Shown here piece after piece: positions 27,001 to 40,139 of a stretch of DNA of 64,000 nt. Position 1 is the stretch's first letter. Each line of letters begins with the position of its first letter. The position numbers and the translations under genes are program-made. Location of the stretch: NCBI GenBank assembly GCA_002269645.1, contig NIVC01001267.1, forward strand, positions 200,165-264,164, in the 5' to 3' direction. This DNA comes from Macrostomum lignano (Eukaryota). The notes under the pieces are model-generated. The model was given only the letters and a program-made list of their open reading frames with translations, was not told the origin of the DNA and did not search any database.

Positions 27001-28275
27001 GCCTGGCTGTAGCCTCAACTAGTTGGTTTAATCAATATTCAAATTCAATTATTCACATTTAACTTTATATATTGTATATATATAGTGTATACATCTATAT
27101 CTGACTTATTGATATACTGTCAGTTTGTAATTGCACGCCAAGGTTACACGCCAAGTAAAAAACTTGTACGCTGAAAATTTAGGCGTGGCTTGAGACCCCT
27201 ATTTGCACGCCAAAATTTTAGTGTGGCTTGTGCACGCGGGAAAATTCCCGTGTGCAAGCCACCTTCCTGAGTATGGTATCCATAGCAATGATAATTGATA
27301 AAACTAATTTGATTAAGCCTTATTGATAGCCTGTCATAACATGTCTAATTAGTGCCTAAGCTGTTTTCTAATCCTAGGCTTAATGGTATTAACAATTTGT
27401 AAAGTAGGCCTACATAACATTATAAATTATACCCATAGCCATAGGAATCCACACTCAGGATCATGTCATGTACGTTGGAAATTTGTGGCGCACATTCGGG
27501 ACAGCTGGCATACACTTGGCATACAAAATTTTTGAAAGGGTCTTCTGGTGTACACCTTGTCGTATATACAATTGGCGTACCCTGCATGGCACATATACAA
27601 AGCGCATACTGCATGGCGCACATGAGGAGGCTATGCCACAGCTCCTGCAAAAGACAAAATCAAAGAATGTAAAATGCATGAAGTGTGAAATTTTGCACAA
27701 AGTTTAACCATGATTTTGCAAATATATTGTAACAACAATTGACAACCATTGCTTCATTTAAAATATTCTCTAAATTGTGTTTTATACTTTTTTTCTTTAT
27801 TTCTGAAATTAAAAACATAAATTTTTTTAAATCTTTAATTGATAGGGCCTAATCTTTACTTGCAATTACAAAACGCTATGTTCAACTTACAATATATTGT
27901 GATTTTGTGTATATTGCACATTTTTTTACATTAGGATTAGGATTTAGGACTGGCACACCTGGCACACTTGTGCATTTTGCCTGGCATTACCTGGCGCACA
28001 CCAAAAAAAATTTTGGGGTGGATTCTGGCGCACACATAGCATGATTCTGACTATGGCCTGCTTGACTAGGCTAAGCTATAGCAACAATTTTTCAAGTATT
28101 AAAACTTATAAGGGGCCCTAAAAGTACAGCAAAACTAAACATTGTCATTGGTAATTGCTTGCTAGGTGGCTAGGCCTATACTAAAGAAAAAAGCACATAG
28201 GGAATGAATTTATTTCATTAGACATCGCCGACTTTGTCATCTAACTTACCAAGGATCTCTTGTATACTCTTCCAT
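24040..28275 (-). CDS. TIMM17: Mitochondrial import translocase subunit Tim17. Exons 28275-28250, 25185-24756 (or to stop at 24753), probable mini exon 24055-24040
   Basis: Spliced start MEEYTRDPC|[19 protein letters not shown], then [35 protein letters not shown] and LLGLIEG, all typical of Tim17. Confidence 0.93.
24095..24700. repeat. ~57-bp composite minisatellite, probably in TIM17 intron 2
   Basis: GGGGATATGATGGCTAGGGGAGATGGAGGATACGATGGCTGGGGGATATGATGGCC repeats. Confidence 0.92.
26615..27276. mobile_element. MITE, family A
   Basis: TIRs CCATAGTCAGGAAGGTGGC / GCCACCTTCCTGAGTATGG, perfect 8-bp TSD TATCCATA, internal TG(C/T)ACGCC repeats. Confidence 0.88.
27449..28056. mobile_element. 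MITE, family A-related
   Basis: TIRs CCACACTCAGGATCATG / CATGATTCTGACTATGG. Its 3' subterminal part resembles 16230-16339. No matching TSD. Confidence 0.65.
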
Positions 28276-29799
28276 GTTGCGGAATAAGCCTCAATTTTTT
28301 TTATAAATGCTGAAAAACTACCTTCGGACTTGGTTTTAGGTTACAAAATAAAAATGCTGTTCTTTAAACTTTTTTTCTAGCACTTATTTTATTCGTATTA
28401 TATACAGCCTAACTAAAACAAATGACGTCAGTTATAATTACAGTATCAGCTCAGTTCAACTAGCTTTTTTTTAACTTGCACCTGTGCGCCTGTCTTCTGC
28501 AGTTTCCACTCAGTTTAAAAATAGAAAAAAGCACAAGATTAACAAATTCATTTAGGAACTGTATAAATAAGCCGTTTTTGTTAATACCTAGCTAAAGAAA
28601 GTTATCAAAATACGCAGTTTATTGTATAATTTTTTATGGTTACTTTTGCGTAACTTAAAATTAAGTTTAATTTTCGTATTTAAAACATTAGCGCGAACAA
28701 ATTTCGTATTTAAAGACTATTTCTAATCTTCCAGCTACCACCTATGTAACATGTAGCAAGGACATCTAAACATACATGTGAAATGATTTGACATGTAGAA
28801 TTTTTTGTTTTTGTGTATCGTGTAGATCCAATGATGTTGGACAAAGTTTGAAGGGTTAAAATGAATTAATTCCAACATTGTACATGTAGTTCAGATCTCC
28901 ATACATATATGTATTTATCTTATGTAGTGTAGATGAAAACGCATACGCAATGTTTATAGTGCATACTGAAAAATTGAATCGAGATTAGTTCAATCTTGTT
29001 TTTGACTTGCACAAATATATTCTGACTCACGAGACTTTTGCTTTTTTCATATAGGAGCGTATATTGGCATTTAGCATTAGATTGATTGAATCCATATTTT
29101 GCATCGCAAAGCCTGAGTTGAGATTACTCCGGTCTGTCAAAGACTCAAAAGGCCATAATGAATAAATAATAAGTACAAGCTACAGTATACGACAAGGGCA
29201 TTGCGAGTATAGTGTGTCAAATGAAAATCTGAAAGTATAATATTAATACATTCCAATTAAACGACTGAAAGTGAAACGGTTTAAACAAAACGGTACCTTT
29301 TATGCAGTTTTTACGGTTCGCGTTGTGCTAAATTAAAGATATATATGTACTTACTATATGTATGCTCGGTTTGGCATATGATCATATTGAAGAACCCCAT
29401 TCCAAGTTGAAACTGCATACAATTCTAAAAGTAAAATGTGGAAGAACAATAAAACCTAAAAGCACAGGAAATAATCAAACAATGTTTAGACATAGGAATG
29501 CGGAATACAAGGCGCATAAAATGATATGCAAACTTCAGAGCCTACTTCTTTAACAAAATAACGGGAGTATAAATAAACATATTATCTTTTTAAGTCATGA
29601 AATTTGTGAAATGAGTAATGAAACAAGTCATAAGTAACTTTCTACCATGGTTCAGTACAATAAAATGCAAATAAAGAACTGCAAATCCAAGAAAAAGAAA
29701 ACTTAGGTCCATAAAATTTTCTTACTTTTCTACTTGTAGTAGAGAAGACTGAGTAGTAACTCGCTTGAAGAAAAAATATTTTGTTTTAAAATACCGTCG

Positions 29800-32700
29800 T
29801 CACCACCACGAAGACGTTGGAAATTGTTTCTGCAACGCTTTGTGCCGTTCAGAATCAGAGAAATTCAACACGGTACACATCGCTGTTAGCACTGTTCTCT
29901 TAGTCCGGCCATCGTCCGACAGGGTGAGGTAGCGATAAACCAGATTGCGCACGTACTCGACGGACTCTTGAGTCGGCTGCTGGCACCTGGCTAATTGGAC
30001 TCGGAGATCGGCGATGATCTGGCGCTGTTCGGCCAGTTCAGCTTGCAGGCAGCGCAGCCGGTGCTCGGCTTGGCGACGGGCATCGCGCAGGGCTGCCATG
30101 TCCGCCTGGGCAAGGGCGCCTTCCAGCTGAGAGTGCACACTGGCGCATGCGGCTGCTCCGGACCGCAAGTTGGATAGCTGGAAGTTGGAGAGAGCTCTGT
30201 GTACTTTTGGCAGACTAGGGTGGGGTGAAGAGCTCTGTGTACTTTTGGTAGACTAGGGTGGGGGTGAAGAGCTCTGTGTACTTTTGGTAGACTAGGGTGT
30301 GGGTGAAGAGCTCTGTGTACTTTTGGTAGACTAAGGTGGTGGTGAAGAGCTCTGTGTACTTTTGGTAGACTAGGGTGGGGGTGAAGAGCTCTGTGTACTT
30401 TTGGTAGACTAGGGTGTGGGTGAAGAGCTCTGTGTACTTTTGGTAGACTAGGGTGGTGGTGAAGAGCTCTGTGTACTTTTGGTAGACTAGGGTGGTGGTG
30501 AAGAGCTCTGTGTACTTTTGGTAAACTAGGGTGGGGGTGAAGAGCTCTGGGTACTTTGAGAGACTGGGGTGTGGGTGAATAGCTCTGTGTACTTTGAAAG
30601 ACTGGGGTTTGGGTGAAGAGCTCTGTGTACTTTGAGAGACTGGGATGGGGGTGAAGAGCTCTGGGTACTTTGAGAGACTAATGTGGAGAGCAGAGGTCTG
30701 AGTACTTTTAGAGGCTGGGTGGAGGGTAAAGAGCTCTCTGTACTTTGAGAGACTGAGGTGTGGATGAAGAGCTCTGTGTCCTTTACGACCACTGGGTTGG
30801 AGGATGAAGAGTAGTGTGTACTTTAGGAGAGACTGGGATTTGAGATGAAGAGCTGTATGTACTATATGAGATAGGGGTGAAGGATCAAGAAAGACCATTG
30901 CGTAATTTAAAAGACTGGAGTGCGGAGATGATGAAGAACTCGGTGTGCACTTTAGGAGGATACAGAGCTGTGAAAAGTGGAGACTGGGGTGAATAAAGAA
31001 AGAAACCGTGAAGCATGGTTTTGCACTCACGAGTAGGGTTTCATCAGCCTCGCTGCTGCCGCCAGCAGCCGCCGCCGCCGCCGACACCGATGCAGTCCTT
31101 CCGGTCGACGAAGCAGCAGGAACTCGCTGAGCCTCCTTCAACTCGGCGTCCTTCTCAGCCAGCAGGCGCAGGGTTCGATCCCGATGCTTGGCCAGCTCCG
31201 CCTCGGCCTCCAGCGCCCTGGCCGTGAGCTCCCGTCTCAGCGAGGCCATTTCGTCTCGGTGCCGACGCTCCGCGGTAGCCAGGCGCTCCTGCTGCGCCCG
31301 GTCCCGGCTGGCGGCGTCGGCTTCCAACGATTGGCAGCGCTCGCGACAGTTGCGAAGGTCGCGTTGAAGCCGTTGAAGCTCGGACTGCTGCTGCTGTTGC
31401 TGATGAAACGGCGGCGGCTGCGTGTGCGAAGACACGAGGGCCGGCGGAGTCGGCGGAGCGGTCAGCAGACGCAGACGGCAGGAGTCAAGCTCGGCGCGCA
31501 GTTCGCGAATCTGTTGAATCAGTTCAATGTAGAGTGTGCTTACTGATAGTAGCAAGTTGGGGGCGTGAAAGTGAAATTGTTGCTCCGACTCGGGGAACTT
31601 ATTCTCTGCTGGTAAAGAGGGGAATTTATTCTCTGCTGGTATGGAGGGGAATTTTTTCTAATGTTGTAGAGGGGAATTTATTCTCTGCTGGTATGGAGGG
31701 GAATTTTTTCTCTAATGTTGTAGAGGGGAATTTATTCTCTGCTGGTATGGAGGGGAATTTTTCTCTAATGTTGTAGAGGGGAATTTATTCTCTGCTGGTA
31801 TGGAGGGGAATTTTTTCTCAGACGACACACTGTCTGAGGAGAATTTATTCTCAGGTGACACGCTGAGGGGAATTCATTTTCAGATGACACACTGAGGGGA
31901 ATTTATTCTCAGATGACACACTGAGGGGAATTTATTCTCAGATGACACACCGAGGGGAATTTATTCTCAGATGACACACTGAGGGGAATTCATTCTCAGA
32001 TGACACACTGAGGGGAATTCATTCTCAGATGACACACTGAGGGGAATTCATTCTCAGATTACACGCTGAGGGGAATTCATTTTCAGATGACACACTGAGG
32101 GGAATTCATTTTCAGATGACACGCTGAGGGGAATTCATTTTCAGATGACACACTGAGGGGAATTTATTCTCAGATGACACACTGAGGGGAATTCATTCTC
32201 AGATGACACACTGAGGGGAATTCATTCTCAGATGACACACTGAGGGGAATTTATTCTCAGGTGACACATAGGGAATTATTTCCAAAAGGAATTTTTCAAT
32301 TCCAGACAGACCTGCTCTTGACAGGCGGAGTGCAGCTCATCAGCGGTCGGATCTGATTGGTTGGCCGCCCCGGAGCTGCTATATAAGTACGCCAACGAAT
32401 AGGCCTCGTCAGATTTGGCTGATTCTGTAGAAAGTTGCTGAAGAAAAAAAAAATTTTTCTATGCTTATTTTAACTTGATTGCTTGATTGAATCATGCGCA
32501 AACACCAACCTGAGCTAGCGACCTTCGCTGAACTGGTTCCACAACTGCTACAGGATGTACAGCTGAACTGTTTCCTCCACTACCGCCGCTGCTGCCTCCT
32601 CCACAGTCAGCAGCAGAAGCAGCAGAAGCAGCAGAAGCAGCATTTTGAAGCTGCAATCGCAGTTCCCGATTCTCGCGGTCCAAATCTTCAAGGCGTTCGC

Positions 32701-34480
32701 GAAGTCGGCCAGCCGATCGCGCGTCGGCCTGATAGTTTAGTTAAAAGTTATCAAGTTATATATTTTGTAAAGCTCTGCTCAAACTGGGAGATGCTTAGGA
32801 TGCTGAGACGCCACTGCTCAAACTGGGAGATGCTGAGACACCACTGCTCAAACTGGGAGATGCTGAGACGCCACTGCTCAAACTGGGAGATGCTGAGACG
32901 CCACTGCTCAAACTGGGAGATGCTGAGATGCCAGTGCTCAAACTGGGAGATGCTCAAGATGCTGAGATGCCAGTGCTCAAAATAGGATATGCTGAGATGC
33001 CAGTGCTCAAACTGGGAGATGCTCAAGATGCTGAGATGCCAGTGCTTAAAATTGGAGATGCTGAGACTCCACTGCTCAAACTGGGAGATGCTCAAGATGC
33101 TGAGATGCCAGTGCTCAAACTGGGAGATGCTGAGATGCCAGTGCTCAAACTGGGAGATGATGAGATGCCAGTGCTCAAACTGGGAGATGCTGAGATGCCA
33201 GTGCTCAAACTGGGAGATGCTGAGATGCCAGTGCTCAAACTGGGAGATGATGAGATGCCAGTGCTCAAACTGGGAGATGCTCAAGATGCTGAGATGCCAG
33301 TGCTCAAAATGGGAGATGCTCAAGATGCTGAGATGCCAGTGCTCAAAATGGGAGATTCTGAGATGCCATTGCTCAAACTGGGAGATGCTCAAGATGCTGA
33401 GATGCCATTGCTCAAACTGGGAGATGCTCAAGATGCTGAGATGCCAGTGCTCAAAATGGGAGATGCTCAAGATGCTGAGATGCCATTGCTCAAACTGGGA
33501 GATGCTCAAGATGCTGAGATGCCATTGCTCAAACTGGGAGATGCTCAAGATGCTGAGATGCCACTGCTCAAACTGGGAGATGCTCAAGATGCTGAGATGC
33601 CACTGCTCAAACTGGGAGATGCTCAAGATGCTGAGATGCCACTGCTCAAACTGGGAGATGCTCAAGATGCTGAGATGCCACTGCTCAAACTGGGAGATGC
33701 TCAAGATGCTGAGATGCCATTGCTCAAACTGGGAGATGCTCAAGATGCTGAGATGCCACTGCTCAAACTGGGAGATGCTCAAGATGCTGAGATGCCACTG
33801 CTCAAACTGGGAGATGCTCAAGATGCTGAGATGTCAGTGCTCAAACTGGGAGATGCTGAGATGCCAGTGCTCAAACTGGGAGATGCTGAGATGCCAGTGC
33901 TCAAAATGGGAGATGCTGAGATGTAAGTGCTCAAAATGGGAGATGCTGAGATGCCAGTGCTCAAACTGGGAGATGCTGACGCTGATTTTGTATTATACTA
34001 ATAAAAGTAGTAGAAAACATTCCCGCTCTTTAAGCCAGCCAAAAGTGAAGTTAAAAGAAGATTTTGTCACTAGTCACCTGCCGTCGGCGCTCGGCCTCGC
34101 CCAAGCTGGCCGCCAGCTGGGCCACGCGGGCCTCCAGCTCGTCCGCCCGGCTCTCCCGCTGCCCCGTGCTGGCCGCCGCCTCGGCCAAGCGCGACTCCAT
34201 CGAGCGCTCCAGCTGCGCCACGGCCCTGCGGTGCGACGCCTCCTGGCTGGTCAGGGAGCGGCTGGCATCCGACAGCTGGCGGCGAAGGTTGGCCAGCTGC
34301 GACTCCGCCTGCGGTGCGGTGAAGGTCGATTGAGACTGGCTGAGAGACAGACGGACTCTTAATCAAACCACCACCATGGACATCCTGGCGCAACTTCTTT
34401 GGCGATATCGGCTCACAACCAGCGCTAACGGCAATTCTGCACATTCCGCTGACTCCTGAGCACACACAAGCGCCAATACT

Positions 34481-34528
<48 letters not shown>

Positions 34529-34701
34529 CACAGACAGACAGACAGACAGACAGACACACAGACAGACAGACAGACACAGACAGACAGACAGACAGACACA
34601 CAGACAGACAGACAGACACAGACAGACAGACAGACACACAGACAGACAGACAGACAGATAGACAGACAGACACACAGACAGACAGACAGACAGACAGACA
34701 C

Positions 34702-34744
<43 letters not shown>

Positions 34745-34769
34745 CACAGACAGACAGACAGACAGACAC

Positions 34770-34864
<95 letters not shown>

Positions 34865-34865
34865 T

Positions 34866-34924
<59 letters not shown>

Positions 34925-35974
34925 CAGACTCACCTCCTCTCTAGCCGCAGTCTCTGCAGCCAGCCGGGAGCTAAGCGCACTGGTGTCCTGCTCCACCTTG
35001 GCCTGCTGTCTGGCGCGGGATCTTAATTCGTTCAATTGAGCCTCAAGATCGCGTCGAACAATGGCACAGGACTCCAGGTCACGCTTCTGCTCAGCTATTG
35101 TGTGCTCAAACTCTTCCTGCGGGTGCGAAGAGGTAGCTTTGGATGGAGTTTCAAGTTGCTAGTGTGAAGACAAGGCTGTTTGGGAGACAGGGCTGTGGGG
35201 ATCTGGGAGACAGGGCTGTGGGGATCTGGGAGACAGGGCTGTGGGGATCTGGGAGACAGGGCTGTGGGGATCTGGGAGACAGGGCTGTAGGGATCTGGGA
35301 GACAGGGCTGTGGGGATCTGGGAAACAGGGCTGTAGGGATCTGGGAGACAGGGCTGTAGGGATCTGGGAGACAGGGCTGTAGGGATCTGGGAGACAGGGC
35401 TGTGGGGATCTGGGAGCCAGGGCTGTGGGGATCTGGTAGGACAGGTCGAACAAAACATTACAATTAGTGCAAAATCAAACTGACCCTGAGAATCCGTTTG
35501 TCAGCCTGATAAGTGGCATGCAATTCGTTTTTCTGTTGAGTCAAAGCGTTCACGCTTTCTAACAGTTTAGCTATGCGAGCTTCGTAAGCCTCGGCAGCTT
35601 CTGAGGTGACACCAGCGGATGATTCATCTTCTCCTTCATCAGGTTTAGTCTCAGCAGTAGTTGAGGCGGCAGTCCTATGTGGACTAGGTCGCTTGTTTCT
35701 GCTCGTAGAAGCAAAATTCACCTGCTGAAGAGTGTCCTCCAGGGCGGCTTTCTCTTTTTGTAGATTTTTGAATGCGACAACAACATCTGTTGGTTTGAAG
35801 TGATGAGCACAGGCGCAAAATGTTTAGATAGATTCTTATCTAGCTATCTGAAAGTGACTGCAAGTTTGAGTAGAGCACTTTACCTGTGAGTCGCTTCTCA
35901 TAGCGTTCAATTTTATGGTCACGTTCTTTGATCTTGTCTATCAGCTGCTGCTTGTCTGCTGTTGAATAGTCCAT
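29800..35974 (-). CDS. GCC1: GRIP and coiled-coil domain golgin (GCC88). Exons 35974-35884, 35786-35485, 35116-34934, 34308-34078, 32728-32510, 32437-32312, 31510-31031, 30177-29800
   Basis: N-terminal [19 protein letters not shown] (cf. LKDVVRAYKSLLKEKEALE), [25 protein letters not shown] and a C-terminal GRIP domain [13 protein letters not shown]...[11 protein letters not shown]. Exon phases are consistent. Confidence 0.88.
30190..30870. repeat. 39-bp minisatellite in a GCC1 intron
   Basis: Unit GAAGAGCTCTGTGTACTTTTGGTAGACTAGGGTGGGGGT, degenerating toward 30870. Confidence 0.93.
31590..32272. repeat. GGGGAATT-core arrays in a GCC1 intron (~27/28-bp units)
   Basis: GAGGGGAATTTATTCTCTGCTGGTATG units, then GGGGAATT(C/T)ATTCTCAGATGACACACTGA units. 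Confidence 0.92.
32775..33980. repeat. 30/39-bp minisatellite in a GCC1 intron
   Basis: TGCTGAGATGCCA(G/C/T)TGCTCAAACTGGGAGA, with an optional TGCTCAAGA insert. Confidence 0.96.
34482..34928. repeat. (GACA)n microsatellite in a GCC1 intron
   Basis: GACA run with CA interruptions. Confidence 0.98.
35172..35440. repeat. 23-bp minisatellite in a GCC1 intron
   Basis: Unit GGATCTGGGAGACAGGGCTGT(G/A)G. Confidence 0.95.
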
Positions 35975-37751
35975 GATAGTTTATTTAACAAGAAGGCTCA
36001 ATATTTGCCACCTGATCTAGACTTTATGCAGAAACAATGTAAGCAGAGTCAAATGTTCTTTAAATTACACTTGGCAGACATATTTTGAATGTTTAAGCTA
36101 AGATTACAACTAATATTTCTATAGCAAAACTAAATATTTCAAAAAAAATATTTGAAATTTGAACATATTTTGTTTTAATCCTATGCATTCTTGTCATTTT
36201 ACATTTATTATTGATTTTCACATTACAAAGATTTTAGGTCATATTTTATTTGAATGAAATTTTTTTGTTATATCAAAAAGATACTATACAATATATTAAA
36301 TATCTAAGTAGTATAATTTGAAAAATGATACACTTATATACAATCTAGTTTTATATATCTCAATGTTTGGCATATTAAAAAAAATGACTAGTAAATTGTC
36401 ATGCAAGCAAGTAAAATGTTAGCTATGTCACAAATTTGGGGAAAGATTTTCTTTCTATAAACCAAATGTCTAAAATCTAAATAGGTTTTGGAAACTTTGG
36501 ATACACAATATATATAGCTAGTCTAAGACAGTAAGATGAAATAGTCTAATCAAGTTAAATCATAAATTTCAAAAGAGAGTTTCACCTTCAAATTTACATC
36601 ATAGAATATAAGGTTAACAATATGCCTTTGGCTAAGGCTTTGGTCAATACTAAATTCGATGATCAAGTAGAAAGTTTCTTGTTAAAGCATTCTTTCTCCA
36701 ATGTAAATTGCTATTAAGTGTTACTTGTCTTTGAAATATTGAATAGTATAACATTTCTGCTAATGCAGTCGCTATTTTTGGGTTAGTGCCCAAAGGGAAA
36801 AATGAATGCTGAGTATAGATATATTATATTGAAATAAAAAATGATTAGTTTCCTCTCTACCAATCGCTGTCCTATGGCTAGCTATCCAAAACCAGAACAC
36901 ACAGGACACAGTAAGTATCAAAAGGTCTAGCTCTAAATAAATTATTTTTTCCTGGGAAATATAATCTAGCTATTTAGAAACTACGAATTCATATAGCTAC
37001 ATGAAAGTGTATGAAATAGACCAAGACCATCATCTCAAAGCACTAAAATTGAATCAATCATGACAAACAAGAAGTTTATTTCTAGGAAATTCTTCACGAT
37101 TCGAATGGTGCCGGATATGTTTTCGTGTTTTTAACGTCAGGTAATAGTAGTTGCTCTGAATGATTCCAGTCGAAATAATTCCAAGTTGAACCTAGCTCAC
37201 TAATGGGTGACAGATTTTAAATAAAAAATTTGAATAGCATATTATCCAAATTAATTGTAAGAAAATATCGAAATTACTAATACACGCGCGCTGTACATGC
37301 ATGATGGATGTACATGTAACACTATCATAACCCGCGTATAGCTGCTTGTACAGTATACGTGTACATGTTTCCGTCCATGAAGATTTTTCAACACAAATAC
37401 ATTGTTGTGATACAAAAGGTTTATCTACTGGGCATAAGGAAATTTTGACTATCGCTTATAGCTAGGCTATTTTGATCATGACAAGTACATACAGTAGCTA
37501 CAGAAGTAAAATTGAATGAATTATCGCGCGCACCTTTCTGTTAAATTGCTTTGCGAACTTACAATTACTGTATTCACAAGTAGATGTAATACGCGATATT
37601 AATATATTCTGATTTACATTCATATACATGTTAAAGTGCATGTACAGGCGTTCGAAAATACGCTTACGGCGTGTATGATCGATATCGAGTACACATGAGG
37701 AATGAGTTGTTACCATTGCATGCATGCATATATATAATGGCCTCCTTCTAG

Positions 37752-38826
37752 TTAGTCCCCACGAATGCAGCACGGAAACACAAATTGCGTAAACTGTCGT
37801 TGAAAAGTCAAATAGATCAGCGGATTCACTAGTGAGTTGATGGCAGACAAGAACGGGAATACAAACAGCACGGCCATGGGATTAATTCGCGCGGCCGCCA
37901 TCGGATCTACGTACCACAGCATCGAGCTACAGGAATCCGGCATGTTCAACGCGATGAACGCGACTACGGTCAGGCCGATTATTAACGTTAATCGACGCGA
38001 TGCGGCTTCCGATTTTGATCCATTCGGTTGCAATCCGGCCGATCGTCTCAGCTGCACAATGATGATGGCGTAGCATACAGACTGCTGGCAGGAATATCAC
38101 CGTGCCCCAGCAGAGCCACACCAGCACGGTGATCAGCGTGGATGACACTTGACTGCGAAAATCGCATATTATAATCGTTGGAGCCGGCGACTGCAGGGTT
38201 GCATTGTTGATGAGCTCTTGTGAACCATCTTCAATGGTGTAGTTGGAATCCAATGGAATCGCTTGTGGCCATGCGGACAATAGCGTGGCCGGTACGTAAC
38301 CATAGAAACCACTTGTAAACACCATCGTGTAGAACAGTTTCATAACTGTCCATTCGTGTCGCTTCCACCAGAACGGACAGCTGATGCACAGACAGCGCTC
38401 AATCGAGAATGCCAGATTATTGTAGATACTGCAGATAATTAGATACCAAACTTGAATTGTCCCCTGGTTGCCTAGGAGACAGAAGGCAATCCAACCGGCG
38501 GTTACTTCCGCGACGTCGGCGCCCGGTTTTGGTATTGCTTGTAGCTGAACAAACACCAGATTAGTGACAACAACTAGCAGGTCAATGGCTGCCTGACTGC
38601 GGACCAGATAGGGGGCCGATCTAGACGCAATCCGATGACGCAACGCGAACGCCAATAGGAGAATGTTGAGCAGGATTGCCAAGCTTAGCAGCGAAATAGT
38701 CACTGCAAAGTGTTCCACTCGCCCATTTCTGTGCAGCTGCTGATGACAATGCGGAATGTTTTTGTTGCCACTTATATATCCATTTGCAATTAAGGATCTG
38801 GTCTCTCTGCTGCGCAGGTGTGCCAC
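37752..38826 (-). pseudogene. Rhodopsin-like (class A) GPCR with an apparent frameshift in TM5 (~38075); pseudogene or sequence error
   Basis: Seven hydrophobic segments split across ORFs 37927-38826 and 37752-38057. Motifs include DLLVV (TM2), FSIERCLCISCP (DRY-equivalent) and SLVNPLIY (NPxxY). No in-frame ATG before TM1. Confidence 0.7.
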
Positions 38827-39159
38827 TTCCCAACAAACAATTAGGGATGATTAAGCTACAGTATGAAGAGTTGAAAGCCCCAGTTGTCTAAGTAAATATT
38901 GGAAAATTTCTAAATGGGAGACATTACTTCGTAGATTGAGATCCATCTATCATGTATCCAGGCTCGAAAAATATCTGAAGGCTCATCCATTATCGTCCCA
39001 TACGCTCAACTAGATTTGATACTTGGCAGATCGAGTACTAGCTCACCTCACACTTGAGTTGATTGTTACTTAATTAATTAAATTAATATTTACTTTATTG
39101 TATTGGCTCGCAGGGGGGTTGCGGCTTAATGGATTGGCAAATTTTAATTACAGCATGGA

Positions 39160-39850
39160 AGCTGTGGCTGTTGGGGAGGGTGTGGCGGTTGGGGAGGGTG
39201 TGGCGGCTGGGGAGTGTGTGGCGGTTGGGGAGTGTGTGGCGGTTGGGGAGGGTGTGGCGGCTGGGGAGTGTGTGGCGGTTGGGGAGGGTGTGGCGGCTGG
39301 GGAGTGTGTGGCGGTTGGGGAGGGTGTGGCGGCTGGGGAGTGTGTGGCGGTTGGGGAGGGTGTGGCTTTTGGGGAGGGTGTGGCAGTTGGGGAGGGTGTC
39401 GCGGCTGGGGAGGGTGTGGGGGTTGGGGAGTGTGTGGCGGTTGGAGAGGGTATCGCGGTTGGGGAGGGTGTGGCAGTTGGGGAGGGTGTGGCGGTTGGTT
39501 AGGGTGTGGGGTTGGGGAGTGTGTGGCGGTTGGAGAGGGTATCGCGGTTGGGGAGGGTGTGGCAGTTGGGGAGGGTGTGGCGGTTGGTTAGGGTGTGGGG
39601 GTTGGGGAGTGTGTGGCGGTTGGAGAGGGTATCGCGGTTGGGGAGGTTGTGGCTGTTCGGGAGGGTGTGGCAGTTGGGGAGGGTGTCGCGGTTGGGGAGG
39701 TTGTGGCTGTTCGGGAGGGTGTGGCGGTTGGGGAGGGTGTGGCGGTTGGTTAGGGTGTGGGGGTTGGGGAGTGTGTGACGGTTGGGGAAGGGTGTGGCTT
39801 TTGAGGATGGTGTTGTGGTTGGGGAGGGTGTGGCGGGTGTTGAGGGTGTT
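39160..39850. repeat. 18-bp G-rich minisatellite
   Basis: Unit GTGTGGCGGTTGGGGAG(G/T). Confidence 0.94.
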
Positions 39851-40139
39851 GAAAGAATTAAGTTTGAAGAAAAATTATAAACATTTGTTGTTCCTTCGAA
39901 ATTCTGGTACCTCCTGATAATCAAAACTGCGTGTTTATTAAGTGCATTGTCAGAAAATGTCAATAAAGTTCCAACACGTATTGCTGAATTTTTTCTTGTA
40001 ATAATGTTAACTACTGAGAGTATTGACAAGTTTCCGAGGTTACAAGAATGAAGCAGCGAGACAAGACTGCTATATCTATATAGGAGTAGGGCTTTAGTTG
40101 GGCTAAACTTAAAGTGGGTTCACTCGCAAAACGAAATAC

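Noticed and set aside
32751-34362. 300-450-aa repetitive ORFs on both strands
   Set aside because: They come from an intronic 30/39-bp array between in-phase GCC1 exons.
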